In this document: positions 6,174-11,720 of the stretch, in pieces
How the letters are laid out: every line of letters starts with the position of its first letter
How positions within the stretch are numbered: position 1 is the first letter of the stretch
DNA from: Candidatus Methylomirabilia bacterium
Lineage (GTDB): Bacteria; Methylomirabilota; Methylomirabilia; Rokubacteriales; CSP1-6
Direction of reading: 5' to 3'
Length of the DNA stretch: 11,720 nt
Assembly: GCA_041496385.1 (NCBI GenBank)
Contig: JBGQEL010000130.1
Coordinates: forward strand, 1-11,720
The notes under the pieces: model-generated
What the model saw: the letters and a program-made list of their open reading frames with translations, nothing else
Database searches by the model: none
What the model was told of the DNA's origin: nothing
Position numbers and translations under genes: made by a program

Positions 6174-6902
6174 TCACCCGCCGAGGTAGGCGCGCCGGAC
6201 GTGGTCGTCGTCGAGCAGGGCCCGCGCCGCGCCCTCCAGGACGATGCGTCCCGTTTCCATGACGTAGCCGCGGTCGGCCATCCGCAGCGCGAGGTACGCG
6301 TTCTGCTCGACCATGAGCACCGTGGTGCCGCGCCGGCGGATGTCGGCGATGATCTCGAACGTCGTCTCGACCATGGCCGGCGCCAGGCCGAGCGAGGGCT
6401 CGTCGAAGAGGATGAGCCGCGGGCGCGCCATGAGGGCGCGCGCGATCGCGAGCATCTGCTGCTCCCCGCCCGAGAGCGTGCCCGCCATCTGGCGCCGTCG
6501 CTCCGCGAGAATCGGGAAATGCGCGCAGACGCGCTCGAGGTCATCCGTGACGGCGCGACGGTCGCGCCGGACGTAGGCGCCCATCGCGAGGTTCTCCTGG
6601 ACGCTGAGGTGCGGGAAGACGCGCCGGCCCTCCGGGCAGTGGGCGATGCCGGCCCTCAAAATGTCCGCGGGCTCGGCGCCCTGGATGGGCGTGCCGTCAA
6701 AGACGATGCGCCCGGCGACGGCCGGCAGGAGCCCCGAGATCGCGCGGAGCGTGGAGCTCTTCCCGGCGCCGTTGGCGCCGATCAGGCAGACGAGCTCGCC
6801 GGAGCGCACCAGCAGATCGAGGCCACGGAGCGCCTGGACCGGGCCGTAGGCCGCATGGAGGCCCTCGAGTACCAGGAGCGCGCCGCCGTCAGGCTCGGTC
6901 AC
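6174..6902 (-). CDS. livF: LivF-like ABC transporter ATP-binding protein, 242 aa
   Basis: Walker A GANGAGKS, CPEGRRVF, signature TLSGGEQQMLAIARALM, LFDEPSLGLAP, VEQN, VRRAYLGG. Confidence 0.95.
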   Translation of the reverse strand: MTEPDGGALLVLEGLHAAYGPVQALRGLDLLVRSGELVCLIGANGAGKSSTLRAISGLLPAVAGRIVFDGTPIQGAEPADILRAGIAHCPEGRRVFPHLSVQENLAMGAYVRRDRRAVTDDLERVCAHFPILAERRRQMAGTLSGGEQQMLAIARALMARPRLILFDEPSLGLAPAMVETTFEIIADIRRRGTTVLMVEQNAYLALRMADRGYVMETGRIVLEGAARALLDDDHVRRAYLGG

Positions 6903-7671
6903 CGCCCACCCCGAGATACGCGCGGATGACCTCCGGGTGCGTCTGGATCGCGGCGGGCGCGCCCTCGGCGATCACGCGGCCCCCGTTCAGCACGATCACC
7001 GTGTCGGAGATGCCCATGACCATCCGCATGTCGTGCTCGACGAGGAGCACGGTCGCGCCCCCGTCGCGGATGCGCCGGATCAGGTCGCTCACGACGGCCT
7101 TCTCGGGCGTCGTCATCCCGGCGCCCGGCTCGTCGAGCAGGAGCAGGCGCGGCCCGGCCGCGAGCGCCACGGCCAGCTCGACCCGCCGCTGCTCGCCGTA
7201 GGGCAGCTCGCTGGCGATCTCGCTCTGGCGGTGGCCGAGGCCGACGAACTCGACGATGCGATCGGCCTCCGTGGCCAGCCACGCCTCCTCCCGGGCCAGG
7301 CGCCGCCGGCCGAGCAGCACCTCGAGGAACCCCGCCGTGCCGCGCAGGTGCAGGCCGATCCGGATGTTGTCCGTCACGCTCAGCGCGGGGAAGACGCTCG
7401 TGCGCTGAAAGGTGCGCACGATGCCGCGCCGGGCGATGGCCGAGGGCCGGAGCCCCGCCAGCGTGACGCCCTCGTAGAGGACCTCGCCCCGCGTCGGTCG
7501 TATGTACCCGGTGATCGCGTTGAACGCGGTCGTCTTGCCCGCGCCGTTCGGGCCGATGACGCTCGTGATCGTACCCGGCCGGACGTCGAAGCTGACGCCG
7601 CCGAGCGCGGCGACCCCCCCGAACCGGACGGCGAGATCGCGGAGCGCGAGGACGCCTGCGTGTTCGATCAT
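6889..7671 (-). CDS. livG: LivG-like ABC transporter ATP-binding protein, 260 aa
   Basis: FGGVAAL, GPNGAGKTT, GIVRTFQ, LPYGEQRRVELA, LLLLDEPGAG, VEHDM, PEVIRAYLG. Confidence 0.95.
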   Translation of the reverse strand: MIEHAGVLALRDLAVRFGGVAALGGVSFDVRPGTITSVIGPNGAGKTTAFNAITGYIRPTRGEVLYEGVTLAGLRPSAIARRGIVRTFQRTSVFPALSVTDNIRIGLHLRGTAGFLEVLLGRRRLAREEAWLATEADRIVEFVGLGHRQSEIASELPYGEQRRVELAVALAAGPRLLLLDEPGAGMTTPEKAVVSDLIRRIRDGGATVLLVEHDMRMVMGISDTVIVLNGGRVIAEGAPAAIQTHPEVIRAYLGVGGDRA

Positions 7672-7772
7672 TTCACCGCACGGCTCGTCCGTCGAACGGC
7701 TTCGGCTCGCACTGCTTTCTCGATCATTTCACTGCTCGCCTCGTCCGTCGGACGGTCTCAGCTCGCACGGCT
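7664..7772. repeat. Two-copy imperfect tandem direct repeat, period 56 bp
   Basis: 7664-7716 tcgatcatttcaccgcacggctcgtccgtcgaacggcttcggctcgcactgct vs 7720-7772 tcgatcatttcactgctcgcctcgtccgtcggacggtctcagctcgcacggct: 45/53 identical by hand alignment, no gaps. Confidence 0.95.
7668..7727 (-). CDS. Putative 19-aa mini-ORF MIEKAVRAEAVRRTSRAVK between livM and livG
   Basis: ATG 7727-7725 overlaps the livM stop (ATGA), and its TGA 7670-7668 overlaps the livG ATG (ATGA). Created by the tandem repeat. Translation is inferred only. Confidence 0.45.
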   Translation of the reverse strand: MIEKAVRAEAVRRTSRAVK

Positions 7773-8680
7773 AGTAACGCCGGGACAATGCCGCGGGGGA
7801 GGAAGAACACGAGCGCGACGAGGAGCACGCCGTAGGCGAGCATCTGCCACTGCCAGGAGGTCGCCGCGCGGAGCGCCTCCGGGAGCGCCGTGAAGAGCAC
7901 GGCGCCCACGATCGGCCCCGCGAGCGTGCCCTTGCCGCCCGCGACGACCATGATGACCATCGTCACCGTGTAGCTGAAGAGGAAGACCTCGGGGCTCACG
8001 AAGCGGGTATAGTGGGCGTAGAGGCTTCCCGCCATGCCGGCCATCGCGGCGCTCACGACGGTGGCGAGCACGAGGTAGTGGGTCACGTCCACGCCGACCG
8101 ATTCGGCCAGCGGCTCGTTCTCGCGGAGCGCCACGAACGCGCGGCCGATGCGCGAGCCGACGAGCCTCCGGCAGACGAGGTAGGCGAGCGCGACGGCCGC
8201 CAGGACGAGGTAGTAGTAGGCGGCCTTCGAGCGGAGCGACCAGGGGCCGAGTTCGGGCGCGGGCACGCCGGGGAGCCCCAGCGGTCCGTTGGTGAGCTCC
8301 ATCCAGTTGATGCTGACGAGCGAGACGACGCCGGCGAAGCTGATGGTCACGAGGACGAAGTAGGCGCCGCGCAGGTTCAGCGCGAGCCGGCCGATGAGCC
8401 AGCCGGCCAGGCCGGCCGCGACGGCGGCGCCGGGGAGCGCCAGCCAGAACGACAAGTCGAGCCTGAGCGCGAGGAGCGCAGAGGTATAGGCGCCGATGCC
8501 GAAGAAGGCCGCGTGGCCGAGCGAGAGCTGGCCCGTGTAGCCGAGCAGCAGGTTCAGCGAGAGCGCCAGCACGCCGAAGATCCCCGCCATGATGACGACG
8601 TGCAGGAAGTAGGGGCTCGCGAGCCAGTAGGGCAGGGTGAGGGCCGCGAGCGCGGCGACGGCGCGGCCGGCTCCCCTCAT
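7724..8680 (-). CDS. livM: LivM-like ABC transporter permease, 318 aa
   Basis: LSLNLLLGYTGQLSLGHAAFFGIGAY, LRGAYFVLVT, TNGPLGL, ALRENEPLAESVGV, GGKGTLAGPIVGA, PRGIV; hydrophobic. Confidence 0.95.
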   Translation of the reverse strand: MRGAGRAVAALAALTLPYWLASPYFLHVVIMAGIFGVLALSLNLLLGYTGQLSLGHAAFFGIGAYTSALLALRLDLSFWLALPGAAVAAGLAGWLIGRLALNLRGAYFVLVTISFAGVVSLVSINWMELTNGPLGLPGVPAPELGPWSLRSKAAYYYLVLAAVALAYLVCRRLVGSRIGRAFVALRENEPLAESVGVDVTHYLVLATVVSAAMAGMAGSLYAHYTRFVSPEVFLFSYTVTMVIMVVAGGKGTLAGPIVGAVLFTALPEALRAATSWQWQMLAYGVLLVALVFFLPRGIVPALLAVRAETVRRTRRAVK

Positions 8681-9549
8681 CCGATTCGCTCGGATCGGCC
8701 GAACAGGCCGCCCGGCCGCAGCAGGAGCACGACGATGATGATCACGAAGCCGACGGCGTCGCGGTAGCCGGAGGAGACGTAGCCGGCGCCCAGCTCCTCA
8801 GCGACGCCGAGCAGGAGACCGCCGAGGGTCGCGCCCGGCAGGTTGCCGAGGCCGCCGAGGATCACGACCGAGAACGCCTTCAGCGACGCCAGGTCCCCCA
8901 TCGACGGATACGCCAGGAAAATCGGTCCCAGCAGCGCGCCCGCCGCCGCGGCGAGCCCGGAGCCGAAGGCGAAGGTGGCGGTGTGGATCCGCTCGATCTT
9001 CACGCCCATGAGGGCCGCCGTCTCGGCGTCCTGGAACGTGGCGCGCATCGCACGGCCGAGGCGCGTCATCTGGATCAGGACGTACGAGGCGGCGATGAGA
9101 CCGCCCGCGAGGCCGAGCACGAACAGCCGGAGCGGTGCGATCGAGACCGGCCCGAGCACGAGCGGCGCCGTCGGGAACGGATGGGGGATGGACTTGGCGA
9201 CACCGCCCCAGACGAGGAGCTCCCCGTTCTGCATCGCGATCCAGACGCCGATCATCACGAGCATGGTCGTGTCGATGGACTCGCGGCGGAGCGGACGCAG
9301 GAGGGAGACCTCGCAGAGCGCGCCGAGCGCGGCCCCGCAGGCGATCGCGGCCAGGACGGCCACGAAGAAGTTGGCGCCGGCGAGGCCGAGGGCGGCGAAC
9401 GCCGCGTACGCGCCCAGCGTGTAGAACTCGCCGTGCGCGAAGTTCACGACGTTCATGAGGCCGAAGATCAGGGTGAGGCCGATGCCCAGCAGGGCATACG
9501 TCCCGCCGAGCACCAGGCCGTTCAGCAGGTGCTGAAGGAGCTGCTCCAT
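8677..9549 (-). CDS. livH: LivH-like ABC transporter permease, 290 aa
   Basis: MEQLLQHLLNGLVLGGTYALLGIGLTLIFG..VVNFAHGE, TRLGRAMRA, ILGGLGN, YRDAVGF, RPGGLFG. Start placed at ATG 9549. Stop overlaps the livM start (ATGA). Confidence 0.95.
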   Translation of the reverse strand: MEQLLQHLLNGLVLGGTYALLGIGLTLIFGLMNVVNFAHGEFYTLGAYAAFAALGLAGANFFVAVLAAIACGAALGALCEVSLLRPLRRESIDTTMLVMIGVWIAMQNGELLVWGGVAKSIPHPFPTAPLVLGPVSIAPLRLFVLGLAGGLIAASYVLIQMTRLGRAMRATFQDAETAALMGVKIERIHTATFAFGSGLAAAAGALLGPIFLAYPSMGDLASLKAFSVVILGGLGNLPGATLGGLLLGVAEELGAGYVSSGYRDAVGFVIIIVVLLLRPGGLFGRSERIG

Positions 9550-9565
9550 CCTGCGCGCGCGGCGG

Positions 9566-10738
9566 CTACTTCTTCGCGAGGAAGTCCGGCAGCGCCACCT
9601 TGCCGTCGCGGATCTGGACGACGAAGATGCTCGGCTGGCTCTGGCCGCTTTCCTTGCCCGCCGGGCCGTCCTTCTCGAACTTGATCGGCCCGTTGACACC
9701 CATCAGGCTGACCTTCCAGAGCGCGTCGCGGATCGCCTTGGGCTCGTCCTTGCCCGCCACTCTGACGGCCTCCGCGATCGTGGCGATGCCGTCGTGGCCG
9801 CGGAAGCCCTCCGTGAGGCCCTCGAACGGATGCCCGCGCTTGCCCCACTCGTCCACGAACGCCTTCGCGAGCTTGCCGTCGGGCATCGCCTCGGGGAACC
9901 AGGGCATGAAAAAGACGATGTGGTAGCTGCCCTCGGCCGCGGCGCCCGCCTGCTTGATGAGCTGCGTGGGCGACGAGCTGCCGCCCGTCGTGACGACTTT
10001 GCGCGCGAGCCGCTGCTCCTGCGCCTGCTTCAGCACGAGCGTGATCTGCTCGACGGCCGTGGTGAGGAAGAGCGTGTCGCCGCCGGCGGCCTTGATCTTG
10101 GTGAGCTGGGCGTTCATGTCGGTCGCCGACTGGTCCATGAACTCGGCGGCCCCGACCGCGACGCCCTTCTTCTTGAGCATGTCGCCGAACGCGCCGATGG
10201 CGCCGCGCCCCCAGTCGGTGTTGACGGCCAGGAAGTCGGCCTTCTTCACCCCGAGCTTGTCCACGTAACGCTCGAGCCCGAGCGCCTCCATCTCGGAGGG
10301 CGGGCTGATGCGGAAGATCCACGGATTGCCCCGCTTGGTGACGGTCGACGCGCTCGAGGTCTCGACGACCATGGGCACGCCGTACTCCTCGAGCTTCGGC
10401 ATCGCGGCCAGCGTCATCGAGCTGCCCCAGGCGCCCATGATCGCGGGCACCTTGTCGCGGACGATGAGCTTCTCGGCCGCGCTCGCCGCCTCCTTCGGGT
10501 CGGACTTGTTGTCCTCGATGACCAGCTCGATCTTGCGGCCGCCGACGCCGCCCCGCGCGTTGATCCAGTCGCGCGCGATCTCGGCGCCCATCCGGACATA
10601 GTTGCCCGACGCGGCGACGGGCCCGGAGAGGGGCTGGATGACACCGATCTTGATCGGCGCCTGCGCTTCCACGAGCATCGAGGCCGCGAGCGTCACGGCC
10701 GCGATGAGAGCCGCCGAGATTGCCCATCGTCTGGTCAT
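9566..10738 (-). CDS. Liv/HAAT-family ABC solute-binding protein with signal peptide, 390 aa; ligand unknown
   Basis: Signal-peptide-like MTRRWAISAALIAAVTLAASMLVEAQA, IKIGVIQPLSG, INARGGVGGRKIELVIED, NPWIFR, GVNGPIKF. AGGAGG (10750-10745) lies 6 nt before ATG 10738. Confidence 0.94.
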   Translation of the reverse strand: MTRRWAISAALIAAVTLAASMLVEAQAPIKIGVIQPLSGPVAASGNYVRMGAEIARDWINARGGVGGRKIELVIEDNKSDPKEAASAAEKLIVRDKVPAIMGAWGSSMTLAAMPKLEEYGVPMVVETSSASTVTKRGNPWIFRISPPSEMEALGLERYVDKLGVKKADFLAVNTDWGRGAIGAFGDMLKKKGVAVGAAEFMDQSATDMNAQLTKIKAAGGDTLFLTTAVEQITLVLKQAQEQRLARKVVTTGGSSSPTQLIKQAGAAAEGSYHIVFFMPWFPEAMPDGKLAKAFVDEWGKRGHPFEGLTEGFRGHDGIATIAEAVRVAGKDEPKAIRDALWKVSLMGVNGPIKFEKDGPAGKESGQSQPSIFVVQIRDGKVALPDFLAKK

Positions 10739-10774
10739 CGAGAGCCTCCTGCGCAATTGTGAGGGTTCGCAGGG

Positions 10775-10803
10775 AGGATAGCGCAGTCTTGGAGCCGTGG
10801 GAA
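10775..10803 (-). promoter_or_regulatory. Candidate sigma70-type promoter for the transporter operon
   Basis: Minus strand TTCCCA (10803-10798), 17-nt spacer, TATCCT (10780-10775), ending 24 nt upstream of the AGGAGG site. Confidence 0.4.
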
Positions 10804-10846
10804 GCCGGGCGCGCCCCTCTCGTACCGGGGCCCGCACGTCGTGGTG

Positions 10847-10852
10847 TATAGT
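10847..10852 (+). promoter_or_regulatory. Candidate -10 element for the molybdoenzyme gene
   Basis: TATAGT (5/6 to TATAAT) in GC-rich surroundings, upstream of a GGGGAGG ribosome-binding site (10865-10871). No recognisable -35. Confidence 0.4.
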
Positions 10853-10875
10853 CGCGCCCGGGCCGGGGAGGGCGG

Positions 10876-11720
10876 ATGGGCGCGAAATACTTCGGCGCGG
10901 CGGTCAGGCGGCGGGAGGACCCGCGGTTCCTGCGGGGCGAGGGCCGCTACGTCGACGACGTGGCGCTCCCGGGGATGCTGCACGCGGCGTTTCTGCGCTC
11001 GCCCCACGCCCACGCGCGGATCGCCGCGATCCGCGCGAAGGCGGCGCGCGCGCTGCCGGGCGTCACCGCCGTCTTCACGCACGGAGACCTCGAGCGCTGG
11101 ATGAAGCCGCTGCCGCTGTTCGGCGCGGCGCCGCCCGGCCTCGCCGCGGCGATCAGGTTCGACGTGCGCCAGGCGCCCCAGTTCGCCCTCGTTCGGGACC
11201 GTGCGCGCCACGTGGGTGAGATCGTCGCGATGGTCGTCGCGGAGAGCCGCGCGCGGGCCGAGGACGCGGTGGGGCGGATCGAGGTGGAGTGGGAGCCGCT
11301 GCCGGCCGTGGTCGACATGCTGGCGGCCGCCGAGCCGGGCGGACCGCTCGTCCATGGTGACTGGGGGACGAACGTCGCGATCGCCTTCACCCACGCGATC
11401 GGCGACCCGGACGCCGCCTTCGCGCGGGCCGACGTCGTCCTGCGCGAGACGTTTCGCATCCAGCGCTACGTCGGCATGCCGCTCGAGTGCCGCGGCGTGG
11501 TCGCGGCCCTGGACCGCCGCGACGGCTCGCTCACGACGTGGAACTCGACCCAGGTCCCGCACTTCGTCCAGCAGGGGCTCACGACGGCCCTCGGCCTGCC
11601 GCCCCACAAGATCCGCGTCGTCGCGCCCGACCTCGGCGGCGGCTTCGGCACGAAGGCCTCGGGCTACCCCGAGGACGCGCTCGTTCCGATCGCCGCCGTC
11701 GTGCTGAATCGCCCCGTGAA
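10876..11720 (+). CDS. Xanthine dehydrogenase / aerobic CO dehydrogenase (CoxL-like) family molybdopterin-binding large subunit, 5' part, runs off the window
   Basis: Absent from the ORF track because it has no stop in the window. Hand translation from ATG 10876: MGAKYFGAAVRRREDPRFLRGEGRYVDDVALPGMLHAAFLRSPHAHARI...MPLECRG...STQVPH...IRVVAPDLGGGFGTK. Confidence 0.93.
   Translation, partial: MGAKYFGAAVRRREDPRFLRGEGRYVDDVALPGMLHAAFLRSPHAHARIAAIRAKAARALPGVTAVFTHGDLERWMKPLPLFGAAPPGLAAAIRFDVRQAPQFALVRDRARHVGEIVAMVVAESRARAEDAVGRIEVEWEPLPAVVDMLAAAEPGGPLVHGDWGTNVAIAFTHAIGDPDAAFARADVVLRETFRIQRYVGMPLECRGVVAALDRRDGSLTTWNSTQVPHFVQQGLTTALGLPPHKIRVVAPDLGGGFGTKASGYPEDALVPIAAVVLNRPV

Noticed and set aside
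7664..7772. Repeat as a CRISPR remnant or IS end
   Set aside because: Only two adjacent copies with no unique spacer. No cas or transposase gene, terminal inverted repeats or target-site duplication is evident.
10755..10763. AATTGTGAG matches a lac operator half-site
   Set aside because: Single 9-nt half-site with no second half, no vector sequence and no LacI-family gene; treated as coincidence.
10807..10816. Perfect palindrome GGGCGCGCCC in the divergent intergenic region
   Set aside because: All-GC palindromes of this length are common at this base composition.
47..11707. Many long antisense and off-frame ORFs (e.g. 4682-5791, 6937-7893, 9522-10727, 9794-10762, 10735-11607)
   Set aside because: Expected shadows of real genes in high-GC DNA, with biased composition and no recognisable motifs.
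10876..11720. Calling the gene coxL (true CO dehydrogenase) or xdhB
   Set aside because: The diagnostic active-site loop lies beyond the window and the gene order is not coxMSL, so only the family can be supported.

Overview
High-GC bacterial window (roughly 70% by eye) with dense genes and no mobile element, RNA gene or CRISPR array. Most of it is a minus-strand run: a Liv/HAAT-type ABC importer (solute-binding protein, livH, livM, livG, livF), then yraN, then six tightly packed enzyme genes. These encode a divergent cysteine-synthase-family PLP enzyme, GctA/GctB-like CoA-transferase subunits, a luciferase-like (LLM) oxidoreductase, an isochorismatase-family hydrolase and a DHDPS-fold lyase with a remodelled active site. 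A xanthine-dehydrogenase/CoxL-family large subunit gene is transcribed divergently and runs off the right edge. A single-domain globin gene converges on and overlaps the cluster at the left. I do not recognise the enzyme set as a described pathway; it looks like an uncharacterised catabolic route for a modified amino acid or N/S-heterocycle (inference). Fine-scale oddities are a 56-bp tandem duplication at the livM/livG junction that creates a coupled 19-aa mini-ORF with mostly synonymous divergence, a probable CTG start for the CoA-transferase A subunit, and yraN outside its usual context with a candidate leaderless promoter and operator-like inverted repeat.
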